A DNA stretch of 64,000 bases from Chrysemys picta bellii (lineage: Eukaryota): positions 142,662,001-142,726,000 of the forward strand of contig NC_088794.1 of the NCBI RefSeq assembly GCF_011386835.1, in the 5' to 3' direction. Below, piece by piece: positions 50,890-64,000 of the stretch. The position numbers and the translations under genes were made by a program. The notes under the pieces were generated by a model that had not been told where the DNA came from, made no database searches, and saw only the letters and a list, made by a program, of their open reading frames with translations. Every line of letters begins with the position of its first letter. The stretch's first letter is position 1.

Positions 50890-53250
50890 TAATAGGCCCA
50901 CATCAAGCAGAGCAGTACGCTCAGTTTGAGCTCCAGGCAGAGTAACTGTACCATCTGGAGAAAGACTGGCGGATGGTTGAAACTTGATTGCAACTCTTTG
51001 TTCCCTGGCTTCATCAGCGTGAGGTTATCTAACTGGCTCATGCTTTCCCTTCTGTGGCCATGAGAATACCCTGGCCAGGATTCTGGACCACTTCTATTGG
51101 ATCAGGATTTACCAAGAGGGCAAAGACTTCTGCAGCCCCTGTCCTGATTGCCAACTCATAGGACCTTAAGGGGTGGGCAAAGCCCATCTAGCTCCACTCC
51201 CTGTAGTAAGTGTCCCATTTGAAAGAATAGGGATGGATCTAGTTGGACCCTTAGAAAAGAGTACATATTAGTGATAGTGATTATGCCTCCAACTATCTGG
51301 AGGCAATCCTGCTACTCCCCACATGCAAAGATTATTGCAACAGAACTGCTAAAGATCTTTTCCAAAGTTGGGGTACCTAAGATGATCACCACCATTCAAG
51401 GCACCAACTTCATATCTCATCTGTTGAAGGAGGTGTGTGATCTGTTAAAAATAAAAATCCTGTGTATGTATGTCTGTCATCTGCAAACTGAAGATCTGGT
51501 TGAATGGTTTTATCAGACCCTAAAAAGGATGTTGATAAAGTTTATTGCTGTGGACCCCTGCCATTGGGATCAGCTGATCCCTCCCCTTTTATTGTCTATT
51601 GGAGAGGTTTCCCAGTCATCTACTGGATTTTCCCTATTCAGACAACCCCAGGGTCTTCTTCATCTGATCCGTGAGATGTGTGAGGAACAAACTCCTAGAA
51701 CAGAGAATGTTGTTTAGTATACATTAACGCTCCAGGAGAGGCTCAAAGACCCTAGGGACCTTCACCAAAAAAAACCCTCCTTCGTGCCCAGCAATCTCAG
51801 GAGTGAGCTTATAACATAGCTACTCTCTAAATGACAAGGACCATATGAAGTAATCCATCACATATGGCTAGTTAATTATGAGATCTGACAACAGGATCTA
51901 CCATATTAACCTCCTGAAACCCTGGAAGGAGCAGGAAAGCTCATTTATCACTCCTTATTCCTCTGAGCCAGAGCTGTGGCCCCAAGCATCCACCTCCCTG
52001 GATCCTGACCCCATGCAGTTGGGAAGAGAACCTAGACCTGGAGCCAAGGGCCTAAGTGAGACACCTATTGAATGCCTTCCCAATGGTGTGCTCATCACAG
52101 CCGAGACAAATTCATCATGTTCAACACCATGTCCAGGTGGATCCAGGGCAAAATATCAGGGAGAACCCTTAGCCGCTCTCAAAAAAAAATGCAGGATGTG
52201 GTGAAACAGGAGCTCTGTGCCATTGGAACTAGGGTCATTGAAGAATCCCAAAACAACTGGTGAAACCCAGTGGTACTGATCCCTAAACTGGATAGCGCTA
52301 TATAGTTCTGCATAGATTTGAAAAAAAATCATTGCTATCTCCAAATTTGATTCCTAGCCCATGCCCCAAGTGGATAAATTACTAGCCTGGCTGGGTGAGG
52401 TCCAGTATATTATAATGTTAGAGCTTCCAAAGGATACTAGCAGATTCCACTCACACTGGAATCATGTGAGAACTGATTTTGCCATTCTGTTTGGCTTGTA
52501 TCACTTTAGGACTATGCCTTTTGGCTTCCAGGGCATCCTAGTGATGTTCCAATAGCTCATAGACTAAGTCCTCGAACCACATAGCTCACATGCTGGAGCT
52601 TATTTAGATGATGTGGTCATCTATAGTCGAGACAGGGAGGCCCACCTAGAGCAGGCTGCCACCGTCCTTTGATCCCTGCGGGAGGCTGGCCTAATTGCAA
52701 ACCTAGCAAAGTGTAAAATCGTGAAGGAAAAACCCCCTTACCTGGGTCTGGGGGAAGGGCCAGATCCAGTCCCTACTGGACTAAGAACAGGCCATGAAAG
52801 CATGCCCAGCCCCAACAACAAAGAAACAGGTCCAAAGGGTTTGGGTGGCTCACAGGTTATGATCACTGATTCATGGCAGGGTTTTCTATGATAGCGACCC
52901 CTCTCATGGACCAGAAAGTGCAAAGCTGGCAATCCAGCTGTGAATCACCAGCAAGAAGTATGGGTTGCACAATCCTGTGGTTTTTGAATCCTTTGAAAAA
53001 TGGATCATTGTCAAAGGGGAACTGAACAGGTGCAACACAGCACAGTGAGCACTTTCCTCCAACTCTAGCTGACATCCTTATGGAGCCAGTGGGAACCCGC
53101 CAATACTTCCTCTACAATTACTCATTCCCAGTCTCCACCAATACTCCCATCATCCCTTCACACTAGTCTAAAATGACAATCCCACTGTGGATCACCAGCT
53201 GCAAGCAGCAGTTTGTCAATCCTCCTGTAGATCATCAAACTGGTACCGGT

Positions 53251-53553
53251 CAGGGCCACCCGGGGGGGGAGGTGGGAGTGGGACAATTTGCCCCAGACCC
53301 CACAGGGGACCCCACGAGAGTTTTTCGGGGCCCCTGGAGATGGGTCCTTCACTCGCTCTGGTGGCCCCAGAAAACTCTCGCGGGGCCCAGGCCCCCGGAG
53401 CTTCTTCCACTCCGGGTCTTCGGTGGCAGTTCGGCAGCGGGGGGTCCTTCCGCTCCGGGACCCGCCGCCAAAGTGCCGAAGTGCCGGGTCTTCGTTGGCA
53501 CGGGCCCCCTGCTGCCAAAGACCCAGGCTCCCTGAATCCTCTGAGTGGCCCTG
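53251..53553. mobile_element. GC-rich non-autonomous hAT element, 303 bp
   Basis: TIR CAGGGCCAC / GTGGCCCTG; perfect TSD GTACCGGT (53243-53250 / 53554-53561). Confidence 0.88.
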
Positions 53554-53594
53554 GTACCGGTAGCTAGGAAACTACAGCTGGACTGGCATTGCAT

Positions 53595-53963
53595 TGTCAG
53601 GGCTGAAGCCAGCGGGTATTAACTTAGCAGGGGTGGGCAGGGGAATTTTCAAGGAGGCTGTCATGGGAATGGGGCATGGCCAGAGGGTTACTGGGGAGTG
53701 GTATGGGGGCAGCATGTGTAGTTTTCTCTGAGTCCCCAACTAGCGCACAGGCTGGGGACTTTCAGGGCTGGAGTGGGTCTAGAGGGGGAGCATTTCTCAG
53801 GGGAGAATAAGAGGGATAATGGGGCTGGGTCTGTGGCTGGAGGGACAGAGATACTGTGGAGGGCTGAGAAGCATAGGGTGGGGACTCAGCTGGAGGACTA
53901 AGGAGGTTCACTGGTTGAGGCAGCTGTCATCTTTGAGAGCAGTCAGAGATGGTGCTCATGACA
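53595..53963. mobile_element. Possible solo LTR
   Basis: Begins TGTCA and ends TGACA with purine-rich LTR-like composition; no exact TSD. Confidence 0.3.
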
Positions 53964-54266
53964 GCCACACACATCTTAAATCAGATTAAGGCTGCCCTAA
54001 TGTGAAAGCTGGAAAAGCCTTAAATTGAATGCAGATGACTAATGTGGACACACTCAATTCGTGAGGCTTCGGACTGTGAATACCATCACCTGAAACCCCA
54101 CTGAGTGACTGCTCTAATGTAAATAAGGCCTATCATAAAACATAGAGCAAAATCATTCTGCCCTTTTCAATTCCCAGAGATGGGTAGAGCTATTGTAACA
54201 CATACAGCAAAATCTCATCCCCATAGAGCTTTTTTGCACTAGAAAAGTTTATTGTGTTTAAATGCA

Positions 54267-54460
54267 ATTGCAAAGAATTGAGTTAGCTGGCATTGCTGAC
54301 CATGACTGACCAGTGCGTGTAGACCAGATCAAATTGTGTTCAGCATTGCATCAGCTAATCGTTACTACTAACATGATACTGAACACAATTTGCCCTCATT
54401 TACATAGACCAGTAAGTCATGTCAATGAGCAATGTGTCAGCTAACTCAGCTCTTCACAAT
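54267..54460. repeat. Imperfect palindrome with ~90-bp arms
   Basis: aagaattgagttagctg...caaattgtgttcag pairs with ctgaacacaatttg...cagctaactcagctctt. Confidence 0.7.
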
Positions 54461-57400
54461 CATGTTCATATATCATACAATTTTCTTGTGAAGCCAAACC
54501 AATAGAGGAGTTATAGCACACATTCCTCTGAAAATCTATCCTCAGGCAAAGTCTCCACTGTACCCCACAACGAATGAGACTTTGACAGGTCAGCACCTAA
54601 CTCACCATGTCCCCATCTATGAGACATGAGGTCCCCTGCAGTACCCAGACAATTTATTAACATTTTTGAATCAGCTCAAGCCTTAGAAAGTGTATTTAAT
54701 TTTCTAAAGCTTGTTGAATAAAAGGAATGATCCTCTATGCCCACGTTTTCAAAAGGGAGAGCTTATGCAGACCTTTAGAAACGTTGGCCCTAAAACTACA
54801 CACACATTTCTCCAAACGAAGGTTCCAAATCAACACACAGATAATTCTTCAGCCTCCATTCCTCTCATGAACACACACAATACTTTGCTGAATCTGTTTT
54901 AATTCCTTGAATTATGTATCATCATAATGAATGTTTAGATTTGAATTAGTATTAACTGCTTTTGGTTGTATTTTTTTTAAATGCGACGGCAAATGTTAAG
55001 AAGCTAAATAAAAGTATGGTTTAGCTTTTTCAGTGCTGCCCTAGATTTAAGCTGCAGGAATGCATGGGTACAGAGTTTTGCTGTTGTCATTTTCTATTTA
55101 TATGTTTTTATCAGCAAATGGGATTGAGTCAAATAACCAAAATACATTCTTAAAGGGTAACTTTGAGTTTGTCAGACCTAATTTATTGGCATTGGCAACA
55201 GTTAACCAGAAACTCAAGGACCACATCTAATTTGAATAAAATGGAGCTATGTAGGTACACTCTTCTTTACTACATATTTGTAGCCTGAAGAAACTACAAC
55301 TCCCAGCGCACAATTCTCTATGTAGGCCCAGAGCAAGATAAGGTATTGACCGTGGGGACCTATAGTCTTTGGAGGCAGAACCTCCACATTAATGAGGACA
55401 GCCCAAGCTTCATTGTAAAACTTCTGCTGTACTGTGTGTCATATGACAAAAGTGAATTCAGAAAGAGTCCTGTTCCTTGGCACTGAACAAGGAAAAAGGA
55501 AAATATCCCTAACGCTACTATATCTGTCTGTCTCTGCTTCATTGTAGAATTTCTGCTTAGAGCCTTTTCTAATCCTGCTCCTTCCCAGCTTCCTGCTAAA
55601 GTTTTAAAGCAAGTGTCATCTATAAATGATATTTAACAAGAATATTTAATAAATTAAAGATCAAGACAATTTGTCAGCTTTACCATCATTCCACAATGAA
55701 TTATCTATTAGCAATGAGGTGGGTTTTGTCCAGTTGATTCACTTGGACTGTAAGATTGCAAAGGTGGAAAAACATGTTCATTAGTTTTACGATTTTTCTC
55801 AGCAAGACTATCTCCCTTCACTAAGAGTGTGTTTGAATACCATTGATACTAGGATCATGTAGCAATTCAGCTGGGTTTTGGAACCAGCAGAAGATTCCAC
55901 TTCTTTCCTTTGTAATGACTACTTTGATCAGTGTTAATCTGTGTGTGTTGGTGGTTTCCAGTATTTTTTCTCATCCAGTCTTAGCTAGACTTGGTGTCCT
56001 GGTGAAAGTATGGGTAAATTTTGGGCTGCATTCCAATTGTTAAAGAAGAAAGCCTGAGATCTCCCCAATTTGGCTTCATGTTATTTAAGGAGGGCCAAAT
56101 TTACCTATAACGTTGGCATCATTCTGATATGTTGATCCAAAAGTAGCTAAGTTGGATTTACTCCAGTGACTACAGTACAGCAAATCAAATAAACAGTCTT
56201 TTTGTTGTAGATTTCTCTTAGTAATCTGTACTGGTATCTCCTCCAATCTGCCAGTAGCGGATGATGGGAACCAGAAGTAATATGCTTGAAATTACACCAT
56301 ATCCCAAAAGCTTAAAATTAAAAGATGACAAACTCTGGCCTATAGTCAGTGACTATTCGTTCTGGATGCCAGAATGAGACAAGATGTATTTTAACTTCCC
56401 TGTGAGCTGTTGGTTTTAGTGAGAAACAGAATATATATTTTTATAAGAAAAATAGTTAATGGCTAGTAATTAAGTATGTTACTTTCTTTGGACAGACTTA
56501 GTGCTCTCCTTTTCCAAGGCCTACTGGGTAATGCTTTGGGCATGAGAGGTTTTTAGAATCTGTCTTTCTGGTCATTGTGCCACACTGCAATTTGGACTCT
56601 TGACACTTGGTGAGGCCACAATGTCCCTTATGTATCCTTTACAACGTCATCTTTGTGGGACTACAGTATAATTTATCTATGGCAATCAGTCCTCCAGTTT
56701 TGGAGAGTTCCCCTGTCATTGCATGGAAGTCACAGACTGGATGTGAGATTTACTGCTAAGTAATTGTGTTATGTTATAAATTGAGATGCATTTTGCAGTT
56801 GTGTACTATCACTGGTAATCATTCCAGTTCTGATTTTCAGGATGAGGCTGGAATGGAAGGCCACTAAAAATGGCACCCATGCATGCTTCTAGATCATCTC
56901 AAGCTTCTAGAAAACATGAATGATTAACAGGGTTCTTGGTAAGATGTCAACCATCACTAGAAATTGCCCAGGTGCATACTCTGCTGTATGTATAAATCTC
57001 ATCAAACACATGAGCAATCACTTGGCACTTCAGGGACATCATGTCTAAAACTTTTTACTAATGATACCCAGGGCTTGTGGTCTCATGATCTTGACATTGC
57101 TAAGACCCTGCAAATATCTTGAGAAGCACTCATGCCCATAAGATTGCGAAATATTCTCTATAGGGGAATACCTAGTCTTGGAATCTAAAAGCCATCTGGA
57201 ACAAAATGCTACATGCTTCCAATCATCTCAGTGTAAATTCAGTAACACCCGGGCAAGCTTATATCTGCAGACATCTGCTGAAACAGCTGTACGCTTGGAA
57301 ACTTCATAAAATGCCAGGAGTGAAGAAGTAGTCAATGGATGGTTTAGATTGCATGCCTGTGCTTTATCCACACCCAAACTGATTCGCCTTTAAGCATTTC

Positions 57401-59778
57401 ATAAAGAGCTTGGCCTTTTGTGGAAAGGTTGGGTATGCATTTTCTTCATTCTTGAAATGTACCAGCTCCATTACAATTTGTCTTCCAGATACAGTTTTTT
57501 AAGAAACATTACACACATCCTCACACTCTGGCCACACTGAGTCAAGCTCTGTGTTTTACTAGTATTATTTAAAAACAAATACGTTGTTGTGCAGAGTGGT
57601 AGGGACTTTTTTTTTTATGAATAGCAATCACTAACCTAAGACTCTTTAAGTCTGACTAATTATGCACAAATTCAGTAGGAGTTTCACAAAGCAATTTTCC
57701 TATTTAATCTTTAGTTGTGAATGAAAGAAAGTAATTATCAATATGTTTGAATTTCTCTAGTGAAAATTTTCTGATGGAAGTAAGCAACAGTTCAGAAAAA
57801 TCACAAAAATAAAAATGTAGTAAGCACCTACATTTCAAAAGGATGAAAAACCTTTACTTTGAAGACTTGTACCAGCAGACGATTTATGCTAGAATGGTGG
57901 TGATGGTGAGGGGGGTTGTTTGGTTTGGTTTTATTCCTTACAATATTTGTATTTTATATGTAGGTTTTTCAGTTATTAATAACCATTACTTACCATGTTT
58001 ATCACTCACATTCATATATCTAAATGAGAAACAGTACAAGTATAGTAAGAAAATCTTGGATGTTGTCCATGCATCCAATACTGCCTTTGATAGGGGATCT
58101 TTGTTTAAAGCTAAAGGGAATCCGAATTCAGGTTTGGTATGTGCTAACTCTAGACTCCATTTTCCAAAACTCACAATTGTTATTAGCCAGTATTTGGCAA
58201 CTGCTCAGGAGCATCAGATTCAAAAGTTAGGTAGTGATAGCAAAACTAGAACATCATTTTCCTTTTTTGAAAATTAAGCTAATACTTGGTAAAGATACTG
58301 GATTGATAGCTCTGGAAATGGAAGTCCAAAAAAAGGCACAGAGGGGCAAAGTTCCCCACACTGCTCTGCCAATGAACTTTTACTATATTCTGGAGGGGCC
58401 ACTTTTAGAGTATGTCTTCATTGCAGTGTTAGCTTGGGCTAGCCTAGCATGAGTGGAGCATCCCCACTGTAAAGCCCTACCTGTGCCAGATCCATGTGGT
58501 TGTGTCCACAATGGTACTGAACTTGCTGGGCGGATTCTAGCAGAATGACTCATGATTCCTAGTAGTACATTGAATTGGGCCATTCTATGAATTCATTCTC
58601 AGTGTGTTGTGGGAGAACTTGTCTGTCCTTCCTGGGAAGTGCTCTTGTAGGTCTTACTGATGTCATGCCACAGCTTTACCACACGGTTAGTGTCAGTTTC
58701 TGGCCAACTGGCAGCACGGGAGAGGGATTTATTGAATGGCATTTCTGTAAATGCTGAGGAAGTACAACAGAAATGGAGCAGGCAAATGTAGGTTTAAAAC
58801 ATAGTGCAGAATAAAGGAGGAGTTAGACAAGAAATACAGCCCAAGTGGAATTGTGGGATAGGATAGGAGGACTAACAGCACCCCAGCTGGATTAGCCTGC
58901 GTTCACACAGCAAAGTTGTTGGGTTGCCATCTCAGGCTGAAGTGAAACCCAAGTTCAAGCCTATACCCTCAGCCATGCCTGCTAGCCCAGGCTTAAAGCA
59001 CTCTCAAGCTCAGGGTAGAGGTTCTTTTGTATGGCTGGGAAGGAGTTAAAGTGAAACACATGGGCTAGAGCCTGGGCAAAACCAGCACTGAAGCCTCCCC
59101 CTCTGTGGGGTGAGGGGGCAGCTAGTTCAGTCTGTGGAGCATTTGAATTCTTTTCTAACAATAAAGGAGCCCTTGCTGTGGGATTTTTTTTTTTTTTTTT
59201 TTTTTTTGGTGCGATGGGGTCTTGTCTAGGAAAAGGACGGAGAATTACAATTTATTTCAGAGAGGCCACACTAAATAGCTGTCAAATGTTGATGACTTTT
59301 GGTCACTATTAGCCTGCATCAGGTGATCTAGAAGGGAAAAAGCACTCTCTCTTCTTACCCATTCAGATTTCCAAGTAACAATTCCAAAGCTGAACCCAAG
59401 AGACACAGATAATATGGCACAAATTCAGACAGTGCAGCGTGAATACAGTTTGACAACAGCGTTTTGACAGCTCACCAACATCTGCAAAACACCATCTATT
59501 CGGAGGGTTCCTTTTGATAGTAATAAAAGGTTACTGAAGAGCTGAATGTCCAGAAATATTTGTTTCTTTCCCCTAAATATAAAGGAATATCAAAAATAGT
59601 GCCAATAATATTTTCAAAAAATCAAACATTTCTCGAATAGTTTTTTTCTGTGAGATATGTGGCATATACAAAATACACAGTAGCATGGGTTTTTACTGTT
59701 TCTAATTGGCTCTCGTGGGAATTCTGCATGACATGTTCCACCAATGGGGTGGAACATGGCAACTGTGTAACATCTTAA

Positions 59779-59819
59779 AGCAACACTATTCAACAGTTTA
59801 GCAACACTATTCAACAGTT
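59779..59819 (+). repeat. 21-bp tandem duplication
   Basis: agcaacactattcaacagtt(t) twice. Confidence 0.85.
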
Positions 59820-60559
59820 GGATTTAGAAGTACTGTACCATAGAGGCTGGGATAAACTCAGTGCACAATACTACTTTTTTGACCAGCTGTCTTTCTGATT
59901 CTCTTTCAGATACAAAGAGATGTATACTATTTTCCAGAATTGTCAGAATGCCGAACTCTCATTGATAAGCATTTGTAATGCCTGGATGTACAATTGCTAG
60001 AAGTTTTATTCTGGTCAGAAGATTTTTCCACTTTCCAGGAAGAATTGTCCAACACGGAACAACTCACATGTTTTACCAGTTAGAGCTTTAGTCTTTACTT
60101 AATTTATCTGATAGTGTCTCTGTCATCCAAATGAGAGTTTATATAAGCCACTGATTTTGCTCGCTGTCTTCTATCAGCCGTCGGTGCCCATTGCTTTCAA
60201 TGGTGCAGTATCAAGCCCATAGTTACTGAGATATTTGAGGGTGTAAAATGTCTGTAGTCCCAACCAGTTTTTAAAACTCCTCATAGGATTGTTTCAAGGA
60301 ATTTTATTTTGCCTAAAATAACTCAGATTCTAGTTCAGTCATAACTAAGGATATCTGTATAAACCTGCTGGCCCATGAGGATACTTCAGATTGAGACATT
60401 GAGAGCCTTGCAGCCTTCTCAAGTTTTTTGGATATAAGTTAATATTAAAGCAAAAAACTTCAAAATTTTATAAAGATAAGAATTCCCAAAAGTACAGCAG
60501 ATTAGTTCAGACAAGAGAGTGAGATTTCTGCTCACTAAAGTTAAGCCTCTTGTATTTTT

Positions 60560-60613
60560 CTAGTTTTCTCCTTTAAGTACCTGAATCTAGTTTTCTCCTT
60601 TAAGTACCTGAAT
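60560..60613 (+). repeat. 27-bp perfect tandem duplication
   Basis: ctagttttctcctttaagtacctgaat twice. Confidence 0.9.
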
Positions 60614-62418
60614 TTGGTTGGCATCTTTGTACATTCAAACACTTATTTTTTTGCCACATTCATTAATGTAAATCTAATCAGTCACTGCTCTCGTTTAGCA
60701 AGCTTCTTAGCTACAACACAGCTAATGAGACATTTTTTGTATAAATTAAATAGTTATAACTAGAGATGGGCTGGAACCAAAATGTTGGATTCAAACACTC
60801 AATATTTGAGATATTTGAAATCTGAACCTTGATCAACATTTTGCAAACAACCCCTGTGTTTACAAGGGACTGTACCGAAACTCCTTAATAGTCCTGAATT
60901 GAGGGGTGTTCATAATATTCCACTGGATTTTTGCCACCTAAGCCCTTCTCTAGTGACAACACTGCTGAGGTTAAATTTAGTCTAATTATTTTTGTTCTGG
61001 TGTGGTGTGACTGCTGCCAAAAATAAAAACATTGTTAATGCCTGCTGGGCAGAAGAGGATGGTGGACAGAAAATGGCTTTGGGCTCAAATCGACTCCTTA
61101 GAGAAGAACTGCAGTTGCTAGGAATTTGGGTTCTTAGCAGTTTTATGCCTCTGTCTGTTTTTCTAAGTAATGAATACGCTGTGTAACCCACATCAGTATG
61201 TGTTTCTTTGGGGATGGAGTGAAACAAAACATTAGCCAAGCAGAAAGGGCTGTTATTAAGAGAAAGTGCTTAAGGCAGCTGTATAAACTCAGTATACCAG
61301 GAGCAGGTGACCTATCAGAAGAGGAAACCCTCATATCCCAGGACATGCTATTATAGTACCTGAGTCAAAACATTTCACGTTTCACAAAAACAGACAAGTT
61401 ATAATGTAGTGCAGCTCCGTATCACTGCAAAAAAAAAAAAAAAAAAAAAAAAAACCACAGACCCTGTTTGTTTGTAGCCAAGAGAGCTATCCTTACCCTT
61501 AGAAATAATCTGATTCTCCATACAGAACAGATAGTGGCTGGTGCTCCTCAGGAAAATGAAAACGTCAGCTAGTCCATACACATGGAGACCAACAAAGCCA
61601 GAGAGGCTTGGGACTATGACTTCTCTAAGGATTTAAACATGTATTTTCTTGTCTCCTTTCATTAAAGTTTATTATTTACCACTCATATGTTTATTAAATA
61701 AGGTTTATCAATCCTTACTTCCATTATATACATACCATGTTTATTTCTCTTTTGCATACCTCTACCTTTTTACCTTTTACCATTGGTACCTCAATGTAAC
61801 TTTATTTGCTGATACCCAACACTTGTCATGGTGTTTCTAACTTGCCCCTTTGTATTGTTTTATTCTGTGTTCAAAACCAAGAACACAATCCTTTTTAAAA
61901 AGAAACAAATTAGAAAAAAAAACAGTTCTGCACTATAATATGTGGGGAAAACAAACAATTACGTTAGAAAAGTGAGGTGTTGGTAAAGTGGACATCCATC
62001 CATGATAACTGGACTTAAACCATTATTAATTCATTTCACGGAGATTGGATGGTACAGTTTTTGCTTACTACAGACAATGTTTGGACTTGAAGTTGATCTG
62101 GATTGGACCCAGTCGAGAGATGAAAGGCTCTTTACTGATAATGGATAGAAAATAATGGACATTTTAATAGATGTGCAACCATAACAGCAACGTAATTCAT
62201 ATCCTTGAAACATGAAGCACACTCTTACACCATTATGTCAGTTACTGTTTAGTTAAAGTTTGTGAAAATTTAGAGGTATTGTTAATGGAGAGCTTCCATT
62301 TTGTCTTCTGACTGCAAAAGTAACCTGAGAATTACACGAGGAAAAAAACCTAGTACATTTTAATAATGCAGGCTAGAAAAAGAAGATTTCATTATCTCTT
62401 TTGAAAGCCATTCTTAAA

Positions 62419-62482
62419 GGCCATGATCCACATCTACTGGAATCAAAGACTCTTGTTGACTTCACTGGAGTTGGATCAAGCC
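62419..62482. mobile_element. Short palindromic MITE (Chompy-like)
   Basis: ggccatgatcca...ttgacttcactggagttggatcaagcc. Confidence 0.4.
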
Positions 62483-64000
62483 TATATTTCATACTAACTT
62501 AGAGAAAACAGCAGCTGTGACAAGGTGACTTTCATCACTATAGCCTGGGTCACTTGTAGGACGATCATGCAGATAATTAGCGAGTGATAACAGGATGCTG
62601 ACTAAATTAAGTTTTTATTTAAACACTTGGGGCTAGTATGATTAACCTCTTATTTTTTTGTGAAATGAATAAAATGCTTTTTCACATCATTAGAAAACTC
62701 TAATTGATCTGCTACTCAATTCATACAAAGCAAAACCTTATTGTTTTGTGCAACTTTACTGAAACCATAGAGGTTGTGACACAGGCAGTTGTAGACACAA
62801 AGTTGATAGTAACAAAGTAGATCACTGGGCTGCTTGTAATGATTCCCAATAACAACATTAATCCATCCCAACACTAAGTACTTCATAAAGTCAACTGGAG
62901 TTCTACAGATGGAATACTTGCGGGATTGGGCTCACAATTTGGGACTCTGTCACTGCAGGTGATGGGTCAGAACCTCAGATCCACCTAATCTGTGCTTAGC
63001 ACACCTGAGAAGAAGGGCATAGCTGACTCTGCCATCTTTCTGTCCCCTTGATCCTCAGGAAAACAGGAGCCAGTGTGGCCTCTGGTGCAAGTTACAGCAG
63101 CCTCAGGGTTGCTTTAACTTGTGTCAGTTGGAATGGCTCCCTACAGGGCATGCTACCCGCAAGAATGCTGGTATGCTAGGTACTCCAGCCACACCCTCCC
63201 ATCCTCACACATTCCATACTTCAGAGGGGCCAAGAGCACATGTTGTACAACTGTCTATGCCTGTTCTATGCCACTCAGAGATTTCCCCAGCTGGCTGTAT
63301 AAGCCAACTTTCTGCCTTTTTGTGCAGCTGGAATGGTTGCAAATATCTGTCCTTCATATCAGAGTTTCCTTTCTTTTCTACCACCTTCAAAGTACTTACT
63401 GGGATTTATATTGGTCTACCCATCCTATACATACTACTGTTTTTAGTTGAGATATACAGAGAAAAACAGCAATCTTTGATAACCTGAAAAAGAATCCCTA
63501 CAATATATGCTTCTGGCGTTTCATTCATGACCTCTTCATTAAAATGACAGTTCTAGAACTCTGTTAAGAGCCTATTCAGAATGTTCTCAGCTTTTCAGAC
63601 TATATCCATTCTTTGATGTCTTGTCCCAGAAGTCAACAAGCTCACATGAAAGACCAAACAATTATTTTCTGAGTTCATTACACCATTAAGTATTATTTTT
63701 TAAAAGGCCAGTTTAGACCTCAAATTTGATCTTCCTTATAATTCATAATCTGGTGGTGAAACCCTTGTAGATTCAAAATATGGATTTTTGGATTAAAATC
63801 CAATCACATTATTGTCACTATATATGAAGGATCTATGATGCTTTGTGCTCTGTTATGGAAGAGCCAGCAGAGGGTGCACAAGTTAACTAACAAACCATAT
63901 ACCCAGATTTATGCTGGCATTCTTGACGATACTGGTTCACAAAAAAGGAAGTACACAGGAAAGCCACTTTAATTTAGTGTTCCAGTAGAAAGAAAAGGGA

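Larger units (their letters stand above)
47037..52920 (+). mobile_element. Decayed Gmr1-type Gypsy internal region (SCAN-gag, zinc knuckle, protease, integrase, RT), 3'-truncated and interrupted by Chapaev3
   Basis: SCAN-like HILLAGDRDWVLRHCPETL (~47280); CFLCGCTGHLSRSW (47674); LVDSG (~47830); integrase GMDLVGPL, QGTNFIS (51230-51700); YHINLLKPW; RT YLDDVVIYS (~52600); thumb PTTKKQV (~52825). Confidence 0.88.

Noticed and set aside
56960-57400. Faintly coding-like stretch, possibly a very old retroelement
   Set aside because: No motif could be matched convincingly by eye.
54500-64000. Search for exons of a neighbouring gene such as DHRS7, or an upstream PPM1A coding exon
   Set aside because: No ORF with recognisable homology found; treated as intergenic.

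Overview
Eukaryotic (vertebrate) genomic DNA; the mix of CR1, Penelope, DIRS, hAT, Harbinger and Chapaev3 repeats suggests a reptile, most likely a turtle (inference). No prokaryotic features or CRISPR arrays. The single host gene is PPM1A (PP2C-alpha) on the minus strand. It has a CpG-island promoter and non-coding exon 1 (~44734-45290), a ~29.5 kb intron 1, and coding exons at 14323-15156, 11780-11897, 6215-6323 and 1129-1186. The last exon (about 9 aa) lies off the left edge. Intron 1 holds a near full-length DIRS retrotransposon, CR1 LINE fragments, several hAT elements with perfect 8-bp TSDs, Harbinger and Tigger elements, and an unidentified membrane-protein-like remnant. Directly upstream of the promoter, on the opposite strand, an intronless RRAS retrocopy appears to sit inside the 5' LTR of a decayed Gmr1-type Gypsy element (integrase before RT). 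That element is itself interrupted by a complete Chapaev3 transposon. 54-64 kb is mostly intergenic. Most ORFs in the supplied track are transposon fragments or chance ORFs. Repeat family names come from recognised motifs and termini, not database searches.
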